A DNA stretch of 32,000 nt from Candidatus Jordarchaeales archaeon. GTDB taxonomy: Archaea > Asgardarchaeota > Jordiarchaeia > Jordiarchaeales > Freyrarchaeaceae. The notes below the pieces were generated by a model that worked only from the letters and a program-made list of their open reading frames with translations, had not been told where the DNA came from and made no database searches. The position numbers and the translations under genes were made by a program. This document shows, piece after piece, positions 17,910 through 27,046 of the stretch. Every line of letters begins with the position of its first letter. The first letter of the stretch is position 1. The DNA is taken from NCBI GenBank assembly GCA_038858525.1, contig JAWCFL010000014.1, forward strand, positions 1-32,000. Reading direction: 5' to 3'.

Positions 17910-19145
17910 ATGGTTTTGAGGGCTCTTCACGTAATAGTTCCTCGAGAGAGAGCTGATGAGATCTTGAACATGCTAGGGGAAGAAGGATGGGTGCACTCGT
18001 ATGTTTCAGGCGTGGACAACACGTTCATCATAATTGAAGCAGGCGTTAGAGAAATAGAGGAAGTAATGGAGCATCTGAAAGCAATAGGGGTCGGAAGAGA
18101 ATATGGTTCAATATATCTGATGTCACCCCTCACCTCCTTACCTCAGCCTCGGAAACGTAAAGAGCTCCTGCTGGAGAGAGCCTCTAAGGACGAAATACTT
18201 TCTGTAATTGAAAGATCTGGAAAGCTGAGCGGAAACTACCTTGTCCTCATACTTCTATCAGCGATCCTCGCCGCTCTCGGGCTTCTAGCAAATAACGTTA
18301 TAGTAGTAATAGGGTCCACGTTAGTCTCCCCCCTCATGGGACCCATAACTACTACAGCGATAGGAACGGTAATGAGCGATAGGCAATTATTCAAAGACGG
18401 GGTTAAAGCGGAGCTGGTAGGGATCGGACTTTCAGTACTTATAGGGTTTCTCCTGACAAAGATGTTTCCAGGCGCTTCCCCGACAACTGAAATCCTGTCT
18501 GTAGCTCAGCTAACGCTAGCTGAGTTCGTCCTAGCAATAATTTCTGGTCTTGCCGCTGCTGTTTGCCTAACTGGCGGAATAGAAGCGGCCCTAGTCGGCG
18601 TCGCCATAGCAGCTTCCCTTCTGCCTCCAGCCGCAAACGTAGGAATAGGTTTAGGGCTTGGAAATCCAGCGATACTCTTCGGCTCAGTCTTCCTGCTTCT
18701 AATAAACATTTTTAGTATAAACTTGGCTTGCACCTTAATGTTTTGGGTTCAAGGGATAAGGCCGCTTGTGACGCGCAGACGAATGGTTGCAGTTAGAGTT
18801 ATAAGAAGACGAGCAATAGCGGTCTTTTTAGCTCTCCTCGCGCTCTCCATACCCGTCATAATCACGACGCAAGGAATATATGCCCAAACACAAGTCACCC
18901 CCGCAGCGACTCTGGCAACATACTCGCAAGCATGGTCTGCTAAAGCAGTCGTTTCATCTCTCAACGTAATCTATGAGAGAAACAGCAACATCGCTATAGT
19001 GCAGGCAACTATTTATTCTGATGAACCAATAAGCTCCGACATCGCTTTGAAGATTAGTGCCATAACAACCTTTGCCTCCAGAATACCAACGATAACGATA
19101 ATACACGTGATTCAAGTAAACTCGATTATTTTGCTCTTAGGATAA
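17910..19145 (+). CDS. TIGR00341 / DUF389 membrane protein
   Basis: Motifs LSAILAALGLLANN..VVIGSTLVSPLMGP, LAIISGLAAA, LVGVAIAASLLPPA and LLLINIFSINL, with a soluble N-terminal domain. ATG 17910; the track start is 17895. Confidence 0.9.
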   Translation: MVLRALHVIVPRERADEILNMLGEEGWVHSYVSGVDNTFIIIEAGVREIEEVMEHLKAIGVGREYGSIYLMSPLTSLPQPRKRKELLLERASKDEILSVIERSGKLSGNYLVLILLSAILAALGLLANNVIVVIGSTLVSPLMGPITTTAIGTVMSDRQLFKDGVKAELVGIGLSVLIGFLLTKMFPGASPTTEILSVAQLTLAEFVLAIISGLAAAVCLTGGIEAALVGVAIAASLLPPAANVGIGLGLGNPAILFGSVFLLLINIFSINLACTLMFWVQGIRPLVTRRRMVAVRVIRRRAIAVFLALLALSIPVIITTQGIYAQTQVTPAATLATYSQAWSAKAVVSSLNVIYERNSNIAIVQATIYSDEPISSDIALKISAITTFASRIPTITIIHVIQVNSIILLLG

Positions 19146-19153
19146 CTGTGAAA

Positions 19154-20971
19154 TTAAGGGCTTTCTTCACCTTCATCATGCCTTTCCTCAATGTAGTAGT
19201 ACATCGATTTCGCTTTTTGCATCTTGTCTAAGCGTGACCCCTCCTTATTCACGCGTGGCCGTCCTGTTCTATAATCTCTTCTGAAGGTAATGTTCATCCG
19301 TTCAAGGAACCTATTCATTCCTGTTTTCAAATCGACGGGCCTGTGAGCTATCCCTTGCACTCCCGGCTTCCCTGTGAACACCATCAGCGAGTCTGATATG
19401 ACGTCGACGAGTACTATGTCGTGTTCGACTACGAAGGCGGCTGCCTCAGACTTCTCAATGACCCGCCTAACTACGCGTGCCATGTTAAGCCTTTGCTCTG
19501 ACGACAGGAATGCGCTTGGCTCATCGATGAGGTAAACATCTGCTTCCCTTGCTAGGCATGCTGCTATCGCTACACGCTGAAGTTCACCGCCACTGAGATT
19601 TTTGATCTCCCTGTCTAAGAGAGGCGTTACTTCTAATGGCTCTAAAACTGCTGTTTTGAAGTCGCTTGAGAAAACCTTCTTTCCTTCAGTCTCCTGTAAG
19701 AAAGCTTGAACCGTTCCGTCATAAGTTGCCTTCAAGTACTGAGGTTTATAGCTAACTTTAAGTGTCTGTGGAGGCATGCTTCCAGCGTCCGGCTTTAGTA
19801 TTCCCGCGATAAGCTTGACAAACGTGGTCTTTCCAATGCCGTTTGGCCCTATTATGCCAATAACCTCCCCCTTGTGTGCAGCTCCTCCTTCCACTCTGAG
19901 AGTGAACCCGTCGAGCCGCTTCTCCATCTCACCAAAGGAAACTATTACTTTTTCGCTAACCCACTTCTCGGCGGGAACGGGATTTACGTGGAACCTTATA
20001 GCTTCGCTCCTAAACCTTAAGTTCTCGTCGGGCAAATACCCGTCTAAGTAAATGTTTATTCCCTCCCTGACACTATGAGGATGAGTAACTACGCCGTAGA
20101 CTCCGGGCTCACCGTAAAACATGCATACGACGTCACTCAAGTAGTCAGCTAGGGCTAAGTCATGCTCGACGCATATGACTGTTTTGCCATGATCGAGAAG
20201 CCGCCTTATGACGCGGGCTGCATTAAGCCGCTGGTAAATGTCAAGATAGCTCGACGGCTCATCAAACAGATAAACGTCAGCTTCACGGGAAACTGCAGCC
20301 GCTATAGCGACCCGTTGGAGCTCGCCCCCACTGAGGACTTCAAGTTCTCGTTCAAGAACAGCTTCGAGCTCAAGCTCCTTCACCAGTTCGCGCATAGTCC
20401 CTCTCTCATCGGCTCTCTCGAGAAGGTCTGCCACCACTCCCTTAACAACCTTTGGCAGTAGCGTAATGTTCTGAGGTTTATGGACGACTTTTAAGTCGCC
20501 GTTAGCCATCTTCTCAAAATAACCCTGAAGCTCGCTCCCCCTATAATACCTTATAATTTCATCCCAGTCTGGCGGGTTATCAAAGCGGCCGAAGTTCGGC
20601 TTGATCTCTCCGCTAAGAATCCGCATAGCTGTTGTTTTTCCCACGCCATTTGGACCAATGAGTCCGGTAACCCTGCCACTTTTAGGGATCGGTAAGCGGT
20701 AAAGCTTGAAGGAGTTGGGACCATACCTAAACGTCAGGTCCTCCTCGAGCTCCTCTGGAAGGTTAACTATGCGTATCGCTTTGAAGGGGCACTTCTTAAC
20801 GCAGATGCCCTCTCCTTCACATAGAGACTCAGCTATCCTCGCTTTCCCCGTCTCCTCATCAAAGGTCACCGTCTCCTGTCTCATCCTCACTCCAGGACAA
20901 AACCTGTAGCATTCCTTTGAGCAATCGTTAGGCTTACATCTGCTCTTATCGATAACCGCCACTCTTACCAT
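19154..20971 (-). CDS. rli: ABCE1/RLI ribosome-recycling ATPase
   Basis: N-terminal Fe-S domain (CKPNDC..EC..FCP) and two NBDs (GPNGVGKT/LSGGELQ/DEPS and GPNGIGKT/LSGGELQ/DEPS), plus ITFRRD..TGRPRVNK. Confidence 0.97.
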   Translation of the reverse strand: MVRVAVIDKSRCKPNDCSKECYRFCPGVRMRQETVTFDEETGKARIAESLCEGEGICVKKCPFKAIRIVNLPEELEEDLTFRYGPNSFKLYRLPIPKSGRVTGLIGPNGVGKTTAMRILSGEIKPNFGRFDNPPDWDEIIRYYRGSELQGYFEKMANGDLKVVHKPQNITLLPKVVKGVVADLLERADERGTMRELVKELELEAVLERELEVLSGGELQRVAIAAAVSREADVYLFDEPSSYLDIYQRLNAARVIRRLLDHGKTVICVEHDLALADYLSDVVCMFYGEPGVYGVVTHPHSVREGINIYLDGYLPDENLRFRSEAIRFHVNPVPAEKWVSEKVIVSFGEMEKRLDGFTLRVEGGAAHKGEVIGIIGPNGIGKTTFVKLIAGILKPDAGSMPPQTLKVSYKPQYLKATYDGTVQAFLQETEGKKVFSSDFKTAVLEPLEVTPLLDREIKNLSGGELQRVAIAACLAREADVYLIDEPSAFLSSEQRLNMARVVRRVIEKSEAAAFVVEHDIVLVDVISDSLMVFTGKPGVQGIAHRPVDLKTGMNRFLERMNITFRRDYRTGRPRVNKEGSRLDKMQKAKSMYYYIEERHDEGEESP

Positions 20972-21043
20972 GAGTACCCCTCAAGAGGCCTTCTCGAAAA
21001 GAGAGAAGTGAATACAGCTTAAAAGTTATTTTGATGGCTCACG

Positions 21044-22051
21044 TTACTGTGTCGCTTTGAACGAGAACCAGACTGGATCGAATTCAAGCTTCATTTTGTT
21101 CTCGTCAAACCATCTTTTAAGTTCGCTAAAGGTCGGGAAACCCTTCGCCCCATGTATCCTTATAAAGAGGTCTACGGGGTATATTCTCTTCGAAATAGTA
21201 CTTTCAACACCGAATATGAATCCGTCCGGCTTAAGGTAACTTTTAAGCTCGCCGACCGCTCTAACAGGGTCGTCAGTCCAGTGGAGGACGTGAGACACGA
21301 ACACAGCGTCGTACTGTCCTTCTAATGGTTTTTCCTTTTTCAAGCTGAAGAAGTGTATGGGAAGCCCGACAGCCACGTCCTCTTTCGCCACCTCGAGCAA
21401 TCCCTCTGAGACGTCGCATCCGTCAACTTCAAAATCATCAACTACCCCAGAAAGACTGTTATAAAGCTGAACCGTACCTGCTCCGCCACCGCATCCATAA
21501 TCTAAAATCCTGAAAGTACCTCGACGTTTTCTAGCTTCATCCACGAGCTTCGCGAACCTTATCGCCTTCTCCCTCTGAACCCTGTAAAATTCTCCCTCAA
21601 GAGCTATGCTCCAATGCGCCCTTAAATCGCCTGTGTCGAATTCTCCAGCCGACTTGCCTGAAAGCCTTTCCCTAATAACTCTTATGGTCGGCTCTATGAA
21701 TGTCCCAAAGGCCTCCCTAAGAACAGGATGCATTTCACTTATAGCGTCCGGGAAAGGGCTTTTTGGAGGTTGCTTTAAAAGTGTGAGTTTTCCCTCCTCA
21801 AGCTTAACAACGCCTTCTTCATCCATGATGTTTAATAACTCCACGAGAAGCTGGTGGTCAACGTATCCCTCCGCCTTCATAAAAGCGCCGAGATCTACGT
21901 TTTCTCCAATCTGAAGCTTGCTTAAGGCGGGAGCCAGAGAATCCACCACTATGAACCTCATATACTTGTTTACCTCATTAAGAATCTTCAATTGTCTGAG
22001 AAAGAGGTGAGGAGACTTCAACACCTCATAGAGGAAAGCAACCTTACTCAT
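21044..22051 (-). CDS. Class I SAM-dependent methyltransferase with N-terminal helical/wHTH-like region
   Basis: Motifs ILDYGCGGG, DGCDVS, YDAVFVSHVLHW and YLKPDG. Confidence 0.88.
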   Translation of the reverse strand: MSKVAFLYEVLKSPHLFLRQLKILNEVNKYMRFIVVDSLAPALSKLQIGENVDLGAFMKAEGYVDHQLLVELLNIMDEEGVVKLEEGKLTLLKQPPKSPFPDAISEMHPVLREAFGTFIEPTIRVIRERLSGKSAGEFDTGDLRAHWSIALEGEFYRVQREKAIRFAKLVDEARKRRGTFRILDYGCGGGAGTVQLYNSLSGVVDDFEVDGCDVSEGLLEVAKEDVAVGLPIHFFSLKKEKPLEGQYDAVFVSHVLHWTDDPVRAVGELKSYLKPDGFIFGVESTISKRIYPVDLFIRIHGAKGFPTFSELKRWFDENKMKLEFDPVWFSFKATQ

Positions 22052-22066
22052 TTTCTTCCATCCCGA

Positions 22067-22942
22067 TTACTTTATTGAGGCTACGCCTCGGATACTCATC
22101 CTCCGGACGAGGTCTAGAAAAGCAAGTGGGTCCTCGTGGAAACTTAGAACTTCCAGTAGCATTCTCTCCTCATATTTTTTCACTTCCTCTACTGCTTCCC
22201 TGCCGAAGAGTGACTCCGCCGCCCTCAGTGTCTCTTTCATTAAGGAGAACGTCTTATCGGCGTTTTCAGTTATAAATACGAACAGCTTCTTGTAGCGCTC
22301 AACGTCTCTCTCTGGAAGGGACTTATAAAGGATGCCTATGACGCCAAAGGGAGTATGCTTCGACTTAGTGGAAATATAGATCAGTATTTCGTCGCTTGCC
22401 TCAACTACCTCTCCCAATGTTGTCTCCCACGAGTTAATGAGCCCAATAACGTTCACGTTTATGTTCACGTTTGACCAGAAGCGGCGGTTAACCCTATCGT
22501 ACACTATGTAGCCCGCGACCCCCTCCGGTAGCTTCCTGGCTTCTCCGGGCATCTCTTTCCAAGTCATTTTTTCTAGAATCGAGATAACCTGCTCCCTGAA
22601 CTTTGAGAAACGCTCCACACTACCATCCCATTCTTCTAGATGATAGGCCGTCTCGAAAGCCCACGCTATTTCAACTGCAAAGCGCTTGTAATAGTCAACA
22701 TCGTCCCCATGATCTAACAGCAAAACAACGAGAACATGTCTAAGTGAGGCGACAAGAAAAATAGCATCTGTCGTCTTAAATGAGCTGAATTCTCCTATTT
22801 TTAGCTCCTCAGCAAGTCCTTCTAACGCCCTCAACATACCGCTAAGAAGAACGTCGTCAGAGATTACCTTTGAACGTTCAAGATCAACAACCAAGAGGGG
22901 AACACCAGAAATCCTATGAATCACCAAGACCTTTCTTATCAT
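22067..22942 (-). CDS. Longin-like domain fused to a second roadblock/profilin-like domain
   Basis: The N-terminal part ISGVPLL...DDVLLSGMLRALEGLAEEL...F..AY....W.G.V..F..F is longin-like. The second domain opens with LPEGVAGYIVYD. ATG 22942; the track start is 22954. Confidence 0.72.
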   Translation of the reverse strand: MIRKVLVIHRISGVPLLVVDLERSKVISDDVLLSGMLRALEGLAEELKIGEFSSFKTTDAIFLVASLRHVLVVLLLDHGDDVDYYKRFAVEIAWAFETAYHLEEWDGSVERFSKFREQVISILEKMTWKEMPGEARKLPEGVAGYIVYDRVNRRFWSNVNINVNVIGLINSWETTLGEVVEASDEILIYISTKSKHTPFGVIGILYKSLPERDVERYKKLFVFITENADKTFSLMKETLRAAESLFGREAVEEVKKYEERMLLEVLSFHEDPLAFLDLVRRMSIRGVASIK

Positions 22943-23058
22943 ACCGAGGACCAACCAACGACGTTAGATACTTAATAAAAATAGTTAAAATAGTTAAAGG
23001 ATATATTTTTTGTCATTAATCTATTACGTGTAGCCTTTCAAGTTGTTTCGAATCTTAG

Positions 23059-23676
23059 CTAGAAAAATATGAATGGCTCTAATTTTCCTTTAAAATAACG
23101 TTTCATAACCTTCTTTATCCTTTTCTCGTCGATCATCTTTCTGTATCCTAGCTTTCTTAACTTTTCCTCCCATTTCACTTGTTCCGGTGGCACCTCGCTT
23201 GGCGCCACTTTTTTAGGGTAAGCGAAAAAGTAATGTCGCTTTCTGGGGTCATAGTTAAAGTAAAAGAACCCTCCATCTTTGAAGAACACCGCTACAGAAG
23301 TGACAAGGTATTTTCCATGATAACCTGGATTGTTCACCAGCTTAAGTTCTTCCGCCATCTTCTTAAGGCGTTTATTCTCCTCCCATATTGTCTTCATCAG
23401 ATCTGCTGTTTCATAAAGATCTTTAAGATAGAAGCGTAAAGTCTCTCCTTTATATTCTGTCACAGTGAATTTGGGAACCCATCTATCCGTGACCGCCCCC
23501 TTGAAGTGAGGCTGCATAGGGGACTTAACAACGATCTCTATATGGTCTATATCTATCGCCTTGCGCCCTATATCTTCGTCTACGGGAATCCTGAACAAGT
23601 ATTCCAGAATCTGAGCGAGTGACTGAGCCTCTTCCTCCTTAACTTCTCTTTCTGCCTCAATAGACAATTCATTCAC
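23059..23676 (-). CDS. Hypothetical protein (205 aa)
   Basis: Long ORF with host-like E/K-rich composition and GAGG before the GTG start. No family recognised. Confidence 0.75.
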   Translation of the reverse strand: MNELSIEAEREVKEEEAQSLAQILEYLFRIPVDEDIGRKAIDIDHIEIVVKSPMQPHFKGAVTDRWVPKFTVTEYKGETLRFYLKDLYETADLMKTIWEENKRLKKMAEELKLVNNPGYHGKYLVTSVAVFFKDGGFFYFNYDPRKRHYFFAYPKKVAPSEVPPEQVKWEEKLRKLGYRKMIDEKRIKKVMKRYFKGKLEPFIFF

Positions 23677-23852
23677 CTCAAAAAGTAAAACTTAATAGAC
23701 TCTATAGTTCACCGAGAAACTGTTCTAGGGAAATGATTGAAAGTTGGAATACATAAATTTAACCATAAGGTGTCTCTCAGCTTGGCAAAGTGGCAGACGA
23801 TGTTTTCAAATATTTGCGTAGCTTTTGTTAAAGAAGCTTTAGAAACGATGCT

Positions 23853-24194
23853 TCAGTCTTTCTTTTTTGCCTGCTTATAGTATATTCTCATTTGACGTTT
23901 GCAGTTGAGGCATGTGATCGTGAGGTGTGCTTCCCTATTTACTCTTAGTCGCACTCTGCAATTGACTCCGGGCCAAAGATAGGTTCCACAGTGGCGGCAT
24001 ATCCTGCGCCGGAGAGCCCTTGGCAATCTAACTTTTGCCCTAGCACTTATTGCCCTAGCAAGGTTAACGTATCTCTGGGCAAGGCCTTGATCTTCCGGGA
24101 AGACTTCTTCTGCAAGCTTCATTAGTATTCTTATTCTGCTGATGGCGATTCCTTTAACTTCCTCTATGCTAGGTCTCCGTTTAAGCCGAACCAT
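23853..24194 (-). CDS. rnp4: Ribonuclease P protein component 4 (Rpp21)
   Basis: Motifs A..RI.IL...A, LAQRYV.LA..IS, RICRHC...L.PG.NCRVR and TCLNC. Likely ATG 24194; the track start is GTG 24242. Confidence 0.93.
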   Translation of the reverse strand: MVRLKRRPSIEEVKGIAISRIRILMKLAEEVFPEDQGLAQRYVNLARAISARAKVRLPRALRRRICRHCGTYLWPGVNCRVRLRVNREAHLTITCLNCKRQMRIYYKQAKKKD

Positions 24195-24291
24195 CGCTAC
24201 GCCCCCGAATGACGAAAGTTTTTTCGCCAGTTTTTCACTCACTCTTCCTGTTGCAATCAGATTTCTCCTTCATACAAAAGGAACAGGAGGA

Positions 24292-24981
24292 TTGAAATTG
24301 CTTTTTCTAATTCTCGCTGAGTCGGCTCTGGAGACTATGCCTGCTAGCCTTCAGAACGAGCCCGCTGTTCGTAGCTTGGCGAAAAGGAGAAAGAAAGCTC
24401 CTTCAAGACTCATTCTTGATTCCTCACTTTTCCCCAGTTTAGTGAGGAAACTCCCGATGGGGGAGAAAAGAGGGCGCCCTGACATAATTCACATCTCTCT
24501 TCTCTGCGCTTTGAGGACCCCCCTCAGCATGGAAGGGCACTTAAAAGTTTATGTTCACACTCTGGATGATAAAATTATTGATATTGACCCCACAGTGAGG
24601 TTACCGAGGAACTATAACCGCTTCATAGGACTAATAGAGCAACTTTACGAACACAGTCAGGTTCCTCCGAACTCAAAACCCCTCTTAGCGCTCAAAAACA
24701 TGTCGCTCCCCGCTCTTCTGAGGGAAATAAACCCTGAAAAAACAATCCTTTTCTGCGAGGAAGGTGTGAGAGTGGATCTTAACGATTACATGAGAAACTT
24801 GTCATCACTAAGCAGAGTAGTAGCTATGGTTGGCGGCTTTCCTCACGGCTCGTTCTCGAGTCAGACCGAATCCCTGGCGGACGATAAAATATCCATCTAC
24901 GATAGGCCTCTCGAAGCCTGGACGGTCGTTTCAAGGGTAATATACTCTTATGAGCTGGCAATATTCAGGAAAACCGAGTGA
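24292..24981 (+). CDS. nep1: Nep1/Emg1 SPOUT rRNA pseudouridine N1-methyltransferase
   Basis: Motifs LAESALE, EKRGRPDIIH, RLPRNYNRFIGL.EQL and GGFPHG. TTG 24292 follows GGAGG; the track start 24142 overlaps rnp4 and is too long. Confidence 0.93.
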   Translation: MKLLFLILAESALETMPASLQNEPAVRSLAKRRKKAPSRLILDSSLFPSLVRKLPMGEKRGRPDIIHISLLCALRTPLSMEGHLKVYVHTLDDKIIDIDPTVRLPRNYNRFIGLIEQLYEHSQVPPNSKPLLALKNMSLPALLREINPEKTILFCEEGVRVDLNDYMRNLSSLSRVVAMVGGFPHGSFSSQTESLADDKISIYDRPLEAWTVVSRVIYSYELAIFRKTE

Positions 24982-25050
24982 AAAATAAACATAGAACAGC
25001 TGGTACGATACGAAGAAGTCATGTTCATTGGGAGCCGCATCACTCCCCCC

Positions 25051-25788
25051 TTATCGTGAGAGGGCTGCGATAGCTGCTGAGAAAGTTTCCTTTGCTTCTT
25101 CGATCGATGCGATGCCAACAGCTACTGAAGAAATGTTTCTAAGAGAAAATAAATATTCCATTGCTTCTCTCGGATTTATACTTCCTGCGGCAAGGGGCTT
25201 CATCGCTATTATTTTAACACCGCTTTCTTTCACCATCTCCATGAACTCCTCACCCCTCACACCCCCCATCATGTAGCCAGCTTTGTTCAGCGGCATCATT
25301 AACACGTCTACTTCGAGCTCCTCGATAATGAGCGGAATCGTTCTAGCTGGGTTATGCGTGACGACCCCCGCAAGGTACCCCTCATTCTCTATTCGCTTAA
25401 TCCAAGCTCTATTCTCCTCCATGTTCAGTTTGTCTGTTTGCTCCCCGTGCAAAAGCACAGCAACCGTGTCGAACTCTGAAAGGTGTTTCAGGGCTTGGCT
25501 CGGCATGTCGAAGGGCAAACTACCGACGACTTTGAGGCGGACCCCCGTCATCTCTTCAGCTTCCCTCACCGCTCTCCCTATTTGAGGGTAAGCAACGAGC
25601 TGGACTCCATTAACACCAATTTCTATGCAACCTGCCACCAGCTCGGTTATCTTTGAAGGATTCCTAAAAAAGCGCTCGTAGTACTTGTATGCCCTTACGC
25701 CGAACTGTCCCGCTCCCAAGAAAGGCGACGTGCCGAGCAGCACTCGTGGCAGCTCTCTTCCCTTAACATTTATTGATGGTATCCTCAT
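25051..25788 (-). CDS. Aldo/keto reductase-like TIM-barrel protein
   Basis: Motifs LPRVLLGT, LLHG, G.LAGV.TH, MMP.N..G and IIAMKPLAAG. The usual AKR catalytic Asp and Lys are not evident. ATG 25788; the track start is TTG 25794. Confidence 0.7.
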   Translation of the reverse strand: MRIPSINVKGRELPRVLLGTSPFLGAGQFGVRAYKYYERFFRNPSKITELVAGCIEIGVNGVQLVAYPQIGRAVREAEEMTGVRLKVVGSLPFDMPSQALKHLSEFDTVAVLLHGEQTDKLNMEENRAWIKRIENEGYLAGVVTHNPARTIPLIIEELEVDVLMMPLNKAGYMMGGVRGEEFMEMVKESGVKIIAMKPLAAGSINPREAMEYLFSLRNISSVAVGIASIEEAKETFSAAIAALSR

Positions 25789-25790
25789 TT

Positions 25791-26402
25791 TCAATACTCT
25801 TTCTTCCCTGCCCTTTTGAGTTCTTCCCTCATCAGGTTCCTAATAATCCTGTACATCTCCCCTTTGAAAACCGGAGGAACTATTTTTAGCCTGTCAACTA
25901 GCCTCTCGACCAGCTCTTCAACTATGTTTTCCTCACTCATAACTTCTATGCCAAGGACTACGCGGACGCCCACCTCTTCCACAGTAGACTTAACAACAGA
26001 CCTTATCACTGCGCCTATCACGCTTTCAGGGTCTATGTAATAGGGGAAGCGGTTGTAATCGTATATCTTTATGATACTTAAGGTCTCAGATATACTCTCG
26101 CTGTACCATTCAAGGCTACTTGCCTTAAGCCCGAACTTCTCGGCGAACTCCTCCTTCGAGACAGGGTTAGGGAACGAGAAAGGATGTCTACTCGCTAGGT
26201 ATATAGCTGCAACGTACGCCGCCTCTCTCTCCTTCGGAAGACCGGCCGCCTCGACATACCTTTTAAGGAGCGCTGAAGCATAAACGGAGAGCGCCTCCTC
26301 GACGTTGTTTTTGATGAAAAACTTGTATGCTTCCTTGACGAGCTTCGCCTCCTCCTCACCTAAAAGAAAAATGTTCTTTTCCGGAAATGAGTTGTAAAAC
26401 AT
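25791..26402 (-). CDS. Protein with a single cyclin-box / TFIIB-repeat-like domain
   Basis: ASALLKRY...GLP...AYVAAIYLASR....P.SKEEFAEKFGLKASSL resembles the TFIIB repeat pattern A..IL......G..P...AAA.LY.A......T..EVA...GV...T. Confidence 0.55.
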   Translation of the reverse strand: MFYNSFPEKNIFLLGEEEAKLVKEAYKFFIKNNVEEALSVYASALLKRYVEAAGLPKEREAAYVAAIYLASRHPFSFPNPVSKEEFAEKFGLKASSLEWYSESISETLSIIKIYDYNRFPYYIDPESVIGAVIRSVVKSTVEEVGVRVVLGIEVMSEENIVEELVERLVDRLKIVPPVFKGEMYRIIRNLMREELKRAGKKEY

Positions 26403-26417
26403 TTTCCTTCCTCCCGG

Positions 26418-26957
26418 CTACTTTTGAGTTGCTTGTTCGTATGCTTTCTGGAAGGACCATCTTGCCGCCTCCCTTACCCTGTTTAACCTGTGTTGGTCCC
26501 TGTAATTCAAAATGACAATCTCTCTTATCACGTCACCTGAAACATTGACCTCGTATTTCATCCGTTCATCCTCAGATATTTTTCCTTCATCAACAAGTCG
26601 ATTGTCCTCCTCCACCATGCTAGCTAAAACCTTCCCGATAAGAAACGAAGCTATTGGAGGAGAACCGTGATAAACCTTCAAATCAGCTGAGGGCACTATT
26701 CTGATCCTGTCCTTTTCAACATGTAACTCGGCGAGCGTCGTTTTCCCGTCCTTAGACAGTAAAGGTATGACTCTCCTCTCCTCCGCTTTTTTCTCCATGA
26801 CTTCAGCTGCTGATTTGAAGCTTGCCTCCTTCAACTCTCTCTCGACAAGCTCTCTGATCTTCTTCAAAACTTCAAGCTCGTAGCTTCTTCTATCTATCTC
26901 CTCATCAAGGTATGCCTTAAGCTCGGCGAGAACCTCTGCATCCACTACTAACACCAC
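26418..26957 (-). CDS. Hypothetical protein, N-terminal coiled coil plus alpha/beta domain
   Basis: GTG start follows GGAAGG; first gene of a tight 3-gene run (15-bp gap to the next gene). Confidence 0.8.
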   Translation of the reverse strand: MVLVVDAEVLAELKAYLDEEIDRRSYELEVLKKIRELVERELKEASFKSAAEVMEKKAEERRVIPLLSKDGKTTLAELHVEKDRIRIVPSADLKVYHGSPPIASFLIGKVLASMVEEDNRLVDEGKISEDERMKYEVNVSGDVIREIVILNYRDQHRLNRVREAARWSFQKAYEQATQK

Positions 26958-27046
26958 CTTCCTAAAGGCATCAAAAGCACAGACCTCCTACTTTAATAAG
27001 AGGTCTTCCCCTAAAAATAAATCGGTTGAAAAGGAGGGAAGACTGC

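Noticed and set aside
24142-24291. Long N-terminal extension of Nep1 overlapping rnp4 head-to-head
   Set aside because: An artefact of longest-ORF calling; an SD-led TTG at 24292 gives the normal Nep1 N-terminus.
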